A stretch of DNA of 64,000 nt, taken from positions 373,488,001 to 373,552,000 of the forward strand of contig OZ024740.1 of the NCBI GenBank assembly GCA_964016885.1, written 5' to 3'. The position numbers and the translations under genes are program-made. Origin of the DNA: Eledone cirrhosa. Its lineage: Eukaryota. The notes beneath the pieces are model-generated. The model was not told where the DNA came from and made no database searches. It saw nothing but the letters and a program-made list of their open reading frames with translations. Shown here in pieces: positions 39,633-53,850 of this stretch (position 1 is its first letter; the number at the start of each line of letters is the position of its first letter).

Positions 39633-42600
39633 TTAAAGAGTTAAACAAGCTTCAATGTATACATCAAAGAATGAGTTTTACAGTAGATTGGAAACACTCT
39701 ACAGGAAAATATTTTCAAGAGTTATTAATATTAAAATAGAAATAATGATAAAATAGATGTTCTTTTGATCAATAACATTTTATTATACATATTTCAGAGG
39801 TACAACAGTACGTCCTCATCAGACAAAATATAATGATACATGACATACCCTGAGATGTTAAATAGTTAAGATTTAATCAAGGTAGTGATTAACCCATGAG
39901 AAAATTCAACATTTATACCCTAATAATGAGAAAATGCGAAAACGTAATAAATTCAATAGAGAATGTATGAGTAATAACAATATTGCTAAATGTAACAGTT
40001 ATAGATATTTTAAAATGTGGGATACTACAAGTTATGGTTATCGAGGAAGCCATCTCTGCAATTATAATTGTATTACAGTCCATGATGGCAACTGATAGAT
40101 GCTTAAAGAGAGGGAAAGATAAAAGGGAGTAATTTATGCAGAGACATTTTTTTCCCCTTATTGACTAAACTGTTAAGTTTCAAAATATTTAATTTTTGTT
40201 ATTTACGGGTGAAGAATCAACATTTTGAGTTTTTAAAAGTTGACGGTTATTTATATTTATTAATTTTATAAATTTTATATTTTTTTTATTTTTTTTTATT
40301 TTCTAAAAGAGTTACATTTCTAAAATTCTGAATTTAATGAAAACAAAGTTAAAGGATTTACTTGGCCCGCGAAAGGAAAATTTACACTGTTGAATATTGA
40401 CTTAAAATGTAATCTTTAACAAACATTACCTGTAAGAGTGTCAACATTTTCGGTATGTAAAGCTTATGAAGTACTTATTTTTAGAAATAACGAAAAAATT
40501 ATTTTCAAGTAGATACAGTGTTTAAAGTGTAATGATTAACGCATAGTTTTCAGCTATATATATATATATATATATACATATATATGTGTGCAAATATCGT
40601 AATAAATTAATATTTATTATGTTATATTAAATCTCTATATTAGTTCTACCTTCATGGGAGGAAAGAACTCTAAATAATAAATGTGTTATTGTACAATCTA
40701 TCTATATTTGCACAGACTATATATAGCGTTACACAGAAACAGTAATTATGATTAAGTTATGGTACACTATAAATACAGAGGCAAAAAACCAAAAGCTGAT
40801 ATGTACGTGACTAATAATCTGATTATGTTATTATAGAATATACACATAATTGCAAAAGAAAAATTAGATATAGAGAGATATAGTAAGTATTAATGAGACA
40901 GCATACATTTGGGGAATGATAACGATTATAATCTTATATAATAGATTCAAACATGCGGAAGTTAACTACATACATATATATATAAAAGAGTGTAAACGAA
41001 TGAATGATTCACATTTGAAAATAGGGTCCGTAAAAATGTACAGGTTGGATATTTAAACTATATTTAAAACATAGATGAAAAAAATAAAGGTAGGTATCAT
41101 TAAAAACATGCAAAAGTTGAATACATACATATATATAAATAAAGGAGTGTAAACGGATGAATGATTCACAGTTTGAAATAACTTCCATAAAAATATACAG
41201 GTTGGATATTTCAAGTATATTTAAAACATAGATAGAAAAATTAAGGTAAAGAAATAACGGTATGGATCAAAGTTAATAATATTATGTTATGTATATCAAC
41301 GTGTCAGCATGTTATTAAACAAGTGTCATTCAATCAAACGTTATTTCTTCTATAGATAGTTATAAGATAAAGCAATATTAAAGGCGATTAAGATTTCCAA
41401 CTGTTGATTGTGTAGGTCTAAACACCAAGTTTAGTGTCCTAGTGCTTTTTCTTGGACTTATGGGAGGCTTGAAATGTAGACAAAGCTTTATGAAACCAAT
41501 TACAGAATAATTCACTTTTTTGTTAATTAAGGTATCATAATTATTAATAATCAACAGGGTCTCCATTGTACAAAGAGCGCATTCACTTGATATACTTGAG
41601 TTGCGTTAAACCCCGGTTTTCCGAAGTTTTGTCCCTAAAATTGAGTACTTCACATTCTTCTCTTTTAATGACCATATAAGCTGTGATAAGAATGTCGATG
41701 ATTTCCTCTTGGAGTTCGAAAATGAGCATTTATGGTTCGCAAATCTGGCTTTAAATGTAGAAGAAGTCGATCCTATGTATTTATATGTATTGTAATCAGT
41801 TTTTACGGTGCATTTATAAACGAAAGTACTATCTAGAAATATTATTTTGCAGAAAGAAGTCAATTTTATTTCTACAATTACATTTTGGTTTATTATCATT
41901 TATGTTGACGCTATTATTAAGGTCATTATGCTGATTCTGCTTTAGAATTTTAGTGTTTAATTATTCTATCTATGTTTTAAATATAGTTCAAATATCCAAC
42001 CTGTAATTTTTTATGGAACTCTATTTCAAACTGTGTATCATTCATGCGTTTACACTCCTTTATTTATATATATGTATATATTCAACTTTTGCATGTTTTT
42101 TATCTATGTTTTAAATATAGTTTAAATATCCAACCTGTAAATTTTTACGGACCTTAATTTGACCTGTGAATCATTCATGCGTTTACATTCTTTTATATAT
42201 ATATGTATGTATTTAACTTTCGCATGTTTGAATCTATTATATAAGATTATAATCGTTATCATTCCCCAAAAGTATGCTGTCTCATTAATACTTAGTATAT
42301 CTCTCTATACCTAATTTTTTACATAATAATAATATTAGTCACGTACATATCAGCTTTTGGTTTTTTGCATCTATATTTTTAGTGTACTTAATCATAATTA
42401 CTGTTTCAGTTTAACGCTATATATAGTTTGTGCACATATAGATATACTGTACAATAACACACTTATTATTGAGAGTTCTTTTCTCCCAGGAAGGTAGAAC
42501 TAATATAGAGATTTAAGATAATATAATAAATATTAATTTATTACGATAATTGCACACATATATATGTATATATATATGGCTGAAAACTATGCGTTAATCA

Positions 42601-43395
42601 TTACACTTTAAACACTGTATCTACTTGAAAATAAATTTTTCGATATTTCTAAAAATAAGTACTTCATAAGCTTTACATACCGAAAATGTTGACACTCTTA
42701 CAGGTAATTTTTGTTAAAGATTACATTTTAAGCGAATATTCAAGAGTGTAAATTTTCCTTTCGCGGGCCAAGTAAATCCTTAAACTTTGTTTTCATTAAA
42801 TTCAGAATTTTAGAAATGTAACGCTTTAAAAAAAAAAAAAAAAATTATTAAATTTATAAAATTAATAAATATAAATAACCACAAACTTTTAAAAACTCAA
42901 AGTGTTGATTCTTCACTCGTTAAGACCAACAATTTAATATTTTGAAACTTTACAGTTTAGTCCTTAAGGGGAAAAAATGTTTTCTGCATAAATTACTCCC
43001 CTTTATCTTTCCCTCTCTTCAAGTGTCTATCTGTTGCCTTCATGGACTGTAATACAATTATAATCCCAGAGATAGCTTCCTCGATAACCATAACTTGTAG
43101 TATCCCACATTTTAAAATCTCTATAACTGTTACATTAAACAACGTTTTTCTTACTCATACATTCTCTGTTGAATTTATTACGTTTTTGTATTTTCTCATT
43201 ATAAGCGTATACATGTTGAGTTTTTTCATGATTAATTACTACCTTGATTAAATCTTAACCATTTAATATCTCAGGATATGTCATGTATCATTATATTTTG
43301 TCTGGTGAGGACGTACTGTTGAACCTCTGAAATATGTATAATACAATTTAATTGATCAAAGAACATCTATTTTATTATTATTTGTATTTTAATAT
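39633..43395 (-). mobile_element. Penelope-like element with ~1.5-kb inverted terminal duplication around a GIY-YIG remnant
   Basis: Arms 39728-41244 and 41957-43395 are inverted; the spacer encodes VYKCTV..YIGSTSSTFKARFANHKCSF..STFLSQLIWSLKE (41606-41899, minus); hammerheads at 39772-39834 (minus, CTGATGA) and 43290-43352 (plus, CTGGTGA variant). Confidence 0.9.
39772..39834 (-). ncRNA. Minimal type I hammerhead in the PLE 3' end
   Basis: Minus strand: ATTATATTTTGT-CTGATGA-GGACGTACTGTTGTACCTCT-GAAA-TATGTA-TA-ATAAAATGTTAT. Confidence 0.75.
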
Positions 43396-43402
43396 AAAAA
43401 TA

Positions 43403-43461
<59 letters not shown>

Positions 43462-43480
43462 TGTGTGTATGTGTGTGTGT

Positions 43481-43537
<57 letters not shown>

Positions 43538-43709
43538 AGTGTGTGTGTGTGTATAACAACTCACTTATCTAAGCCTTGATCTGGCTGTCTCACTCTAATT
43601 ATATATGTATCTGGTGAACAATGTATCTACTTCTGAACATATATATATGTATATATATAAGAAAGTTTGTTTTGAAACGGCGAGCGAGTTTGAAGTTAGA
43701 AATATATTA

Positions 43710-43885
43710 CGCCATATTTCTGACTAAAGAGATTTTAGCCTGATAGTTGGGTGTAATGGTAGGACAGTGCTCTGGATAACGAAAGCTGTTGGTTCAACTC
43801 CCATGCACGTTAACACTAAGCCTTTTGCATTTATTAGAGGGTTCTAAACTATGAGACTAAAATCTCTTTAGTGAAAAATATGGCG
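43710..43885 (+). other. tRNA-like Pol III A/B-box segment enclosed by 39-bp inverted repeats
   Basis: TGGGTGTAATGGTAGG and GGTTCAACTCC lie between arms 43710-43748 and 43847-43885; no complete cloverleaf. Confidence 0.55.
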
Positions 43886-43922
43886 AAAGCTTCTATTTCT
43901 TATATATATTGGTAATAATAAT

Positions 43923-44108
43923 TGTTTCTACATTAGGCAAAAGGCCAGCAATAACCAAGTGTATTACTGGTACTTTATGTGATCGACCCCGTAAGGTTGA
44001 AAGGCAAAGATAACCTCGGCGGGATTTGAACTCAGAATGTCAAGGGCCGTAACTCTATGCGTCAAAGCATGGCGTCCGACCCTCTAGCGATACTGCCAAT
44101 CCACCGCC
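43923..44108 (-). mobile_element. tRNA-derived SINE, full length, 15-bp TSD
   Basis: TSD ATTGGTAATAATAAT at 43908-43922 and 44109-44123. Confidence 0.9.
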
Positions 44109-44271
44109 ATTGGTAATAATAATGAAGATATATTTGTTATTGGCACGTATTAAAAGTTTAAGCAACCAATTTCTGCTTTCACAATAAACTGAATCATCTT
44201 GGGATGAAACGAGAAATTATCTACTTAAACATTTAAACTGTGCTAATAATAATAATAATTACATATATACA

Positions 44272-44318
<47 letters not shown>

Positions 44319-44650
44319 TTATATATTGTTCTACGTCCGTCTTCTCCGACAATGAGTGTTGTAGTTATTTGAACACCGTATATGCTTGCCAATGAAATCA
44401 ATTTGTAAATGGTTATGCATTCAAAAGCAGAATTTACATTGAACGTAGTTCTCAGGGAGATTCAGCGTGATATGTTTAGATCTTTAGATAGAGGTACAAC
44501 GCATTTTTGCCAGCTGTGTTGACTGATATCACCTGAAGTAAAGCTCTTAGAAGGAATGTTATGTCAATTGTTGGTCATATTTCCTGTGTATAAAATTCAT
44601 CATTCAAGTTTAAGGTTGCCATACTAAATCCTGCGCCTTATATATATAAT

Positions 44651-44838
44651 TGTTTCTACTTTTTGGCAGAAGGCCAGCAATTACCCACTGCATTACTACT
44701 ACTTTATTTTATCGACCCCGTAAGGATGAAAGACAAATTTAACCTCGGCGGGATTTGAACTCAGATCATAACGGGACGTAACTCTATGCTTCAAATCATG
44801 GTCTCCGACTCTCTACCGATACTTGCCAATCCACCGCC
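44651..44838 (-). mobile_element. tRNA-derived SINE, full length, 15-bp TSD
   Basis: TSD CCTTATATATATAAT at 44636-44650 and 44839-44853. Confidence 0.9.
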
Positions 44839-45754
44839 CCTTATATATATAATGTGTCGAATTGTTGCACCTCAGGCAATCATTAATTGAAAACAAAAAC
44901 ATTAATTCTTTTTAGTACAAGAATGAGGTTTTTATATTTGATTTAATTTGAACAAATATCACTAAAATGATATATGATATATAATGATAAAGAAATATAT
45001 TAGAAACAGGAATCAGCTGATTGATGTAAATATAAATTAATATTATGTTTTTAAACTGCAACCGAATTATCCTGGCTTTTCATGTGAAACACTAATAACT
45101 GCAACATAATGAATTGACTATAGCTAAAAGCGTTTAAAATGTGGTAGGATGAGTCATTTATTTTCAAACATTTCATATTTGTGATTTCAAAATATTAGGA
45201 TCATATAGCCCCAAACCATATTATTTACAGTGACTAAGTTATTTGAAAAAAAAATGAAATATAAATTACATTGATTATTTTTGCGAAGATTTCCTGGCAA
45301 GTGAATAAGTTAAAATAAAATGTTCATCATTGCAAAAAAAAATAAATAAATAAAGAAGTACACTAAGGGATGATACGAACAGAAAGCAAATTGAAACCCA
45401 TGTCATTTTAAATAAATCAAGTGAAATCAGCTAATCATTACTGAACATTTTATATTATTCTTTTTCAATCCATTCTTCACTCTATTTCTTTAACTGTTTC
45501 TAATTCTTAAATGCGTTCACAATTGCGTTATATTCTATTAATGAAAATATAACATCGTATCAAGTGAAATCCCAACTAAAATGTTATTGTGTCAGCCAAA
45601 GTACTGTGAATGGAAACTGAGGAATTTTATCAAAGAATCCGTTCTTGTTATTTGCTGGAAGCTTTCATACATTGCACTAAAATAATCACCATCGGGTAAT
45701 TTCCTTTAGCCTCAGCGGAAACCAATATGTTGCAAGAATTGGAACCAAATTTAC

Positions 45755-46130
45755 GCCCATGGATTTGCGCCTGGAAAATGTTATTTCATCTGGTGATGGT
45801 GGAGCAGTGGATCTTGTGGATCAACATGATAGTGACAATACAGTTTGCAGCCCTTGTACTTGAACGTAAAATCTTTCGTTTTTATTTTGTTGCCTTTCCT
45901 TTTAGCGCATTTTTCCTCGGCGGTAACATTCAATTCCATTTCCCCTTGCTATCTTGCGTAATACTCGTTGCCGGCGAGAGTGATCATTTGCGACATCTTC
46001 CCATCTCTTGACGTCCGGAGCTATTGGCGTTATATCTCGCTTTCAGACGTTTCTGGAATAAGGATAAAGTCACCCTTATACTCTTGTGCCGGTTGCCAGT
46101 ACACCATCTGATCTACGTGATCTCGCCTGT
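45755..46130 (-). mobile_element. RTE/BovB-like LINE 3' end, degenerate
   Basis: Minus-strand remnants GVLATGTR, KRDI, WEDVAND, AKRK and a decayed C-terminal Cys/His finger (FKYKGCKLYCH..LLHH). Confidence 0.6.
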
Positions 46131-46324
46131 AGAATTCCGAAACAATTTTCTATTTAATATTATCATGTTTCTCCAATAATGGTTCAACATTTCTGAATCT
46201 AAATGTTTTGGTGGAAACACATAAGAAAATATTTGAGCCCAATTATTCTATTATATACGCATCAAAACAGGCATCTATACAATATATTTCACTAAATAAA
46301 TCATACCTTTGTATTACTATTATA

Positions 46325-46508
46325 AATAACTGTTTCTACTTTAGGCACAAGGCCAGCAATTACCCAGTGCATTACTAGTACTTTATTTTATCGACCGCGT
46401 AAGGATGAAAGATAAAGTCAACCTCGGCGGGATTTGAACTCAGATCGTAAAGGGACGTAACTATGCTGGAAAGCATGGCGTCCGACCCTCTACCGATACT
46501 GCCAATAA
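46325..46508 (-). mobile_element. tRNA-derived SINE
   Basis: Near full-length reverse complement of the family sequence. Confidence 0.9.
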
Positions 46509-47704
46509 CGTTAGTCATAGTTGGAAGACTTAACATTAAGATATTATATATTCACGTACGTTTTGTAGATGTAATTGCAAAATCTTATTTAATTCAAAAC
46601 TGAACTTTTCTTTTTAATTACCAGTTAACTATTAGTCCACTGCTTAATAGAAGAGGTTTACCCATCTGCTTTCAGGTGGAATATTTTTGGATATCCATTT
46701 GTTGATTATTTTTCTCGGTTGCATTCAGTGGGTCGAATGATTGATTCTTTGTTTTAATTAAAAATATGTCAGACACTTGAAATTTTCTTTTAAAATTAAC
46801 ATTAAACTCATGTAAAAAAAAGGTAAAGACCGAAATAAGAGATTAGGCATAAATACATTAAATATTTATAAACATGCCATGTCATGATCAGATAACATGC
46901 TGCTTTTAAATTGATCTGAGGTTAGTTTATGTAAAGCTTCCGTGGAATGGTTACGTAGCGTTGAATTTCACCGTTCTCCGTTATCCGTAATCCATAACAA
47001 AAATAACAATAATCATATGCCAAGATTTAACTATATGTCTCTTTAACCATATCTCTCTTGAATCAAAAACGATAGAACCAGGTATAAGGTACTTCATTCT
47101 TGTATGGTACTATATTAGAACTGGTTGTGTTTCAAAAAAAAAAACATCTCTAACGAAAGAGACATTCCTGAATTTAATTGTCATTTAGGTGCATCCACAA
47201 GGTTGGATGCATGAAGCTGTATGAAGAGAATAAAAAAGAAGTATGGATTTTAAAACCTAGTGGATTAGATAACGAAGTGTGTTGCGCTGGAACGCTGACT
47301 AACTCGTAATTTCCAACTGAGAGTCAGGAATTCTCCAAAAAATAAATGTCAGTATCAATATTTTCTAAGGGCATAATGATAGTGACATGAATATCAGGAA
47401 TGGTGGTAGAAGAAAACATAACCGAAAGCCTCCAATATGCTTGCAAACTTACAGCCTTACATATGTGAATCCATTGCTGAATCATGGAAGGAAAGAGAAA
47501 CCTTCTCTTAATTTGTTAAAGGAATATGAGGTGTCGAATGTACAGCTGAGATATCAGTAATTCTGATGGTTATGAAACGTTATTCATTGTTGAAGAGTTT
47601 GCATTTGTAAGTTCTTAATGACATTTCTGTTTGAAATATTTGTTTGAAATATTTTAAATTTGAAGATTTATTTTTGTTTTTATTGTCATTATTTATTTTG
47701 ATAT

Positions 47705-47892
47705 AAAGGTGGTGGATTGGCAGTATCGGTAGAGGGTCGGACGCCATGCTTTCCAGCATAGTTACATCCCTTTACGATCTGAGTTCAAATCCCGCCGTGG
47801 TTCACTTTGCCTTTCATCCTTACGGGGTCGATAAAATATAAGTACCAGTAATGCACTGGGCAATTGCTGGCCTTGTGCCTAAAGTAGAAACA
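47705..47892 (+). mobile_element. tRNA-derived SINE, full length, 17-bp TSD
   Basis: TSD ATTATTTATTTTGATAT at 47688-47704 and 47893-47909. Confidence 0.9.
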
Positions 47893-48462
47893 ATTATTTA
47901 TTTTGATATGAAGCTGCGTTGATAGTATTTGAAAAGGAAAATAATATAATATTTCCAAATGGAAAGAAGAGGAAGAAGAAGAAGGTGTTGTTTCTGGAGG
48001 AAAGCGATTCATGTGTTGAGAGTGAGAGTGGTGTTATATTTCAAGCATATATATTATTTGGGTAGAGGATTAAGTTGCAAAAAAGAAGTTAGAAATAAAA
48101 ATAAATCACATTGTTATACTGTACAATAATATATTTGTAATGAGTTTGACATTAAGCATGAATATTAATATGATGGATTTTCATGAAAACACAGATATTG
48201 GCAATATAAGTACTATTGCGGTAACAATAATATACTGTAAATATGAAGTTTCAATATACATTTAGCCAGCTTGCCGTGTGTGTAGTGAACTATAAGAAGG
48301 AGAGAAAATATTTATAAATGTCGATAATATTACTTAATTTTTCTTTTGTGAATGGTGAGGTGGGGTGGGGTTCCTCATTTATAACGATGCGATGTATTTA
48401 TTGATACACCACATAAGTTTGTAGAGTGAGTTTAAGTTATGGTGCAATGTTCTTGTAATAAT

Positions 48463-48488
48463 TGTTTCTACTTTTGGCACAAGGCCAG
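48463..48488 (-). mobile_element. 26-bp SINE tail-only insertion with 17-bp TSD
   Basis: TGTTTCTACTTTTGGCACAAGGCCAG lies between two copies of AATGTTCTTGTAATAAT (48446-48462 and 48489-48505). Confidence 0.85.
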
Positions 48489-48694
48489 AATGTTCTTGTA
48501 ATAATAGAACCCGTGAATTTAACCTTCAGACAATTTCCTAAACAATTAACCTGTTTACATGACTACAGCTGTTATATTCAATTATATGCATGCTATGGAA
48601 AAGGACTGGCAAAAACGGGAAATGTAGAGGAATGAAAACATTTGGTAATGCATATTAAGTATGAATTCAATCGAAATTATATTTTGTTACTCAA

Positions 48695-49350
48695 ATAATT
48701 ATTTTCTAACGTTTGCACTAGTCAAACCATTCGGCCACAGGAAAATGGCAATTATATCAACACCAGTACATGGTAGTTTATTTTATCAAACCAATGTGTA
48801 TGAAAGTAAAGTGGACCTCAGCAATATTTGAACTTAGGATGCAATAAGTCATAACAAAATGCCGCAAAGCATTTTGACCAAAGCTTTACCGATACTGATA
48901 ATCTACCGCCCTTGTTTCATAGATAAATAATAATTGTTTCTATATTTTGCACAAGGACAGCAATTTTGAAAGAAAGAGGAAAGTCGATTAAATTGATCCC
49001 AGTGCATTATTGGCACTTTATTTTATCGAACCGGTAGAGAAGAAATGCAAAGACAACTGCGACGGGATTGAAATCAGAACGTAAACGACCGTGGCTACAT
49101 GCCACAAATCATGTTGTTTGGCAAACTACCGATACTGCCAATATCCTTCCCTTTTCACAAGTAAATAATAATGATTTCTATTAGGGGCACAAGGCCAGCA
49201 ATTATCCCAGAGTATTACTGGAACTTTATTTTATCGAGCTCGTAAGGATGAATGGCAAAGTTAAGCTCGGCGGGATTTGAACTCACACCATAAATAGCCG
49301 TAACTCTCTTTGTTGCAAGATCCTCTACTGATATTGCCAGCCACCGCCAT
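48695..49350 (-). mobile_element. Three SINE copies head-to-tail
   Basis: Three tail-to-head matches at about 48695-48912, 48930-49150 and 49170-49350, separated by short AAT-rich spacers. Confidence 0.8.
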
Positions 49351-49945
49351 AATAATATAAGTCACATGAGATACAATATATGGGGTGTTTTATTTGGAAG
49401 CTGAAAGCATGTTGAGATTTAAACGGTTTGGAAGTCAATTAAAGGGAAACTCATATCACGATTCGATATCGTGTTATGGTATTTGCAGCACCATAAACAA
49501 TATATATGTTCAATTATATATCTTGTGAATATATACTAATATATGTTTAATAACCATAAATTTAGCCTCAGTATCATAGGATAACCTAGTTGAATATGTT
49601 TTTCATTCGGGTCTATTGGAATCTTATGTGAGAGCTTCTAAATTTCCTTACATCAATCCGCTTACAATTTAACAATAAGTGCCAAATACCAAACAGTGAG
49701 TGTAGCTCATATCTATTCAACATGATAACAGCAATCTATTTCAAATGTATTGCTATGAGGTTATTCATTTGCCGATTTCCAAGAAAATATGGGACATGTG
49801 AGACAAGCATATGATACACGCTTATGGGACATATACACTCGCGCGCATAAATGCCATGTATTAACATGCTAGGCAGGTAATATGAATGAAAGAATCGTAG
49901 AGATGTAGGACTCATTTCTAAATATATATATATATATATATATAT

Positions 49946-50048
49946 CGAAGGAGGTGTGGTAAGGAACCAGATGGACCATAACGCACGAGAGTACTCAATA
50001 CTTGGGGTAGTCCAGAAATAGCCGTCGAAATGGCTCTAGCTCTGCCGC

Positions 50049-50054
<6 letters not shown>
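49946..50054. mobile_element. Short (TA)n-embedded repeat family, copy 4 (internally deleted)
   Basis: CGAAGGAGGTGTGGTAAGGAACCAG.. joined directly to TAGTCCAGAAATAGCCGTCGAAA. Confidence 0.8.
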
Positions 50055-50094
<40 letters not shown>

Positions 50095-50132
50095 CCGATA
50101 TATTAACGGAGGCATAGGCCATCGCTATTCCC

Positions 50133-50164
<32 letters not shown>

Positions 50165-50168
50165 AGTA

Positions 50169-50226
<58 letters not shown>

Positions 50227-51536
50227 CAGTGTGGGTGCATGGTATTAACGTTCGAGAATTTAGTGAAGGTGGAAAAGGAAGACAGTGAGATCAAATATGT
50301 TTTAAGTAAATGGATATCCCATGAATTGTGGGAGAATGTATTAGTCCTAGGGCAATGAAAGATGGGTGTTTGAAGAAATGTAAGATGGAGCAATGAGAAT
50401 CGGTCAATGAATGGAAGGTAAAATGACCAGGAAAAAACATTTTAAATTGAAACTATTACCGATGTTCGTACGGCTGTGTGGTATTAGTTCGGTAACTGTG
50501 GTGTTTCCAGCTAAGCTAATTGTGTTTGACGAAATATTGCCATTTTGAAAACCCACTTATCTGTGTTTTATATAGTGACATTTCGTTTGTGTCCTTTTAA
50601 ACTGAAACTTCATATATTTTGCTTATATTAATTTAAGCGTAAGAATGATATAGGAAAAAAGCAGTATATTTTATACCGAAATACCGTAACAATTACCATA
50701 GTGTTTCGTTTACTTTGTGTGAATGTAATCATGATGCAATTATTTTCAGAGAGCTTTACGTTTTAATTCATATTTAAAAGTATTTCTGGATTAATATCAA
50801 ACGACAACTAGCTGTACAAGACTGAACCCAAAATACAAATTTAAGACATTTAAATATTCACTGAAATAATGGCATGTATATGTTATAATTATTATTCGTG
50901 TGTAAAATGCTCTATTTGTCATGCAGACTAGATGAACCATGTGGAAATCTCTAATAGGAGTAGAAATGGATTATTCTTTTGAAATTGTTCGAGTGCTTAT
51001 TTCTATAAATGAAGTAAACTCTCCAGATATTAAATATATTCAGTTTTTGAATCAGATTAATATCAGTTGAAGAAATGTTTAAATTCAGAAATATGGTATT
51101 ACCGAATCATTGTGTCTTCTCTACAAATGTTATTACGCTAAGACGGTATTCGCGTTGGATTTCCGGAATATCTTTTTCCATAATATTCTCTACACATCTT
51201 AGTATTTTGGCACGGTAACACATATCGAGCAATACCAGCTTTCAAGATTCATCACTATGCTGTACTATATAAAGCCTACCGTTAACAAATGACTATATTA
51301 TATCAATACAATTGAATTACTAGATGTAGTATTACCTCACATGATGCACACCTGTTTACAATAATATATAACACTCATAATTATGAATGTTTCCTATGAC
51401 AAAGTATGTATACTTCTACACACGAATACACACACACATATATGTATATATATACATATATATATATATTTTATATATATATATAATATATATATATATA
51501 TTTGTGTGTGTGTATGTGTGGGGTGTGTGTTGTATG

Positions 51537-51621
<85 letters not shown>

Positions 51622-53442
51622 ATATATATATATACATATACATTTGGATTAAAAAATCCAATAGTACCACATTCGACGTGAGTATGGGCGCCAGTGATTC
51701 TGCGGAGGTTACTGATCTTATTGGCCTTTTACTTCTTTTCTCTATCAAGGATGAATTCCCCTACGCGGGCGGTGGTTTGTACCATGACGATGGTCTTTTG
51801 ACCATGACTAAGTGCGGACCTCGTACTTGCGACAGGCTCAGAAAAGAATTCACAGCCTTCTTTAAAGGCTTCAACCTCTCTATACAGGTTGAGGCCAATC
51901 TCTCGGTGGTTAATTACCTCGACGTTACCCTCAATTTATTGAATGGGTCATATTACCCGTATAGAAAGCCGAATGATACTCTTTATTACTTAATTAAGCA
52001 TTCCAACCATCCTGCCAGCATAACCAAGAACCTGGTACGAAACATTTCGTTGAGGCTTTCCCGTCTGTCCACCAACGAGCGTATTTTCAACGACCATTCC
52101 ACTTATTACAATGAAGCTCTTGCACGAAGTGGATTTGTCGATAAGGTAGCATATACAGAGTACGACCATAGACCTAGAGTAATAGACCCCGTCGCATTTG
52201 TTGGTATAACCCACCATATAATATGGAGGTGGCCACACCATTAGCTAAGATCTTTCTTTCCCTTATTACGAACAATTTTCCCCCTACACATAAATATAGT
52301 AACATTTTTAATAGAAATACTATTAACATTTCTTACTCTACGACTCCTAACCTTGCATTTAACATCACAGCTTCAAATTTAGCTAAACTACCTAGCCGTA
52401 GGAACACGTGCAACCCTGTAGTTAGTACTAACTGTAATTGTAGGAATCGGGCTGATTGCCCCCTTTCCGGGAAATGTCTCTCTGGCAGCATTGTCTACAA
52501 ATGTAAGGCTGTAACACCCACGTCCCGTAGGGCCTACATAGGGTTAACGGCCAATAGTTTCAAGCAGCGTTTTTACATGCATACCCATTCTTTTCGTTAC
52601 CCTCTAAGAAAGAATATGACGTCACTTTCAGCTTATATCTGGAGTTTGAAAGACAACCTCACCCAATATAAGTTACATTGGGAGATCCGAGCTAGGGCTA
52701 GATCGTATAACGGAAATAAAAGACCATGTGACCTCTGCGCCGCTGAGGCCCTGGAAATACTCTACGCCACAGAACACATCTTAAACAAAAAATCTGAGGC
52801 AATTTCGGCTTGTAAACATAAATTGCACAAAACTTTCCTGTATTACAGCCCCGCGTTATACCCTAACTGATATAACGATCTATACGTGGATATTTTACGT
52901 CTTGATGTGGGAACTAAGTATATGTTTTGTTTATACCTTTACTTTTTTGCATAGGTAAGTATATTTTACCCGTATGTTTTGTGAAGGTACGTATACCTTC
53001 TCGTACGTATATTTGATTGTTATGGCGTATAATTTCATATATTCTGGTTTGGCTATTTGTATACGGGAGTTTTGCGTCTTTGTGAGTATGCAGGTTCGTA
53101 AGTTTGGTGAGTGTGTGTATATGTGTACTTCATGTTTTGGTTTGAGTTACGTCTCCGAACATTCGTGTATTTATATGTAGGTATGTGTGTGCGCTTGTTA
53201 TATGCGTATTTATTTATTTATATATATTTATATAATTATTTATTTATTTGTATACACGCATACACACACACACATATTTATATGTGCGGGGTTTTGTATA
53301 CCTATGGTAAGTCTTTGCGTATGCTTGTGTATGTACGTATTTGTTTGCGTGTATGTATTTATTTATATCTATTACTTCTGTATTGTATTTATTTACTTTG
53401 TTCTTAACTCTGTAGCGGAGCTTCATTTGGTCTCCTAGAATT

Positions 53443-53711
53443 TTAGTCTACGACTTCTGCTATACCATTTACGTGGTTTTGTCTTTGTGTGCAATTGTTC
53501 TCGACGCTCCACATATGACGTATTATCTTCGTGTTTTCGTTCATTGCCAGATAACGTCTCTATGCACCACCTAAGAGAACATTAGTCTACGACTTCTTTT
53601 ATACCATAAACGTGATTCTGTCTTTGCGCGTAATTGTTTTTCACCGCTCCTATTAATGACGTATTATATTCGTTTTTTCCCGTTCTTTGCCAGCGAACGT
53701 TTCCACGAACC
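53443..53711 (+). repeat. Diverged ~139-bp tandem duplication in the PLE 3' UTR
   Basis: TTAGTCTACGACTTCT.. starts at 53443 and again at 53582. Confidence 0.85.
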
Positions 53712-53774
53712 AAAGTATCGTCTTCCTGTCTTCCTCCGGTTGCAACGTTATTTGAAATATCCAGGTCTGCGTTT

Positions 53775-53850
53775 ACAGATTGACTTTGTTAGTTTCAGAA
53801 GATTCCGTTAAGGCTGAAAGCAGCGATTCTTTGCTTAGACTTTAATCTGT
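53775..53850 (+). ncRNA. Degenerate type I hammerhead in the PLE 3' UTR
   Basis: AGTTT-CAGAAGA-TTCCGTTAAGGCT-GAAA-GCA..TGC-TT-AGACT, with distal stem I extension ACAGATTGA/TTAATCTGT; core U4 changed to A; AATAAA follows. Confidence 0.55.

Noticed and set aside
43745-43812. Functional tRNA gene
   Set aside because: Acceptor and anticodon stems do not pair convincingly; kept only as tRNA-like.
45711-45863. Apparent plus-strand terminal exon ending DNTVCSPCT*, TNFR-like
   Set aside because: It largely overlaps the antisense of an RTE LINE 3' end; the cysteines are probably coincidental.
50230-50460. Purine-rich block resembling a LINE C-terminus
   Set aside because: Motifs are too decayed to assign.
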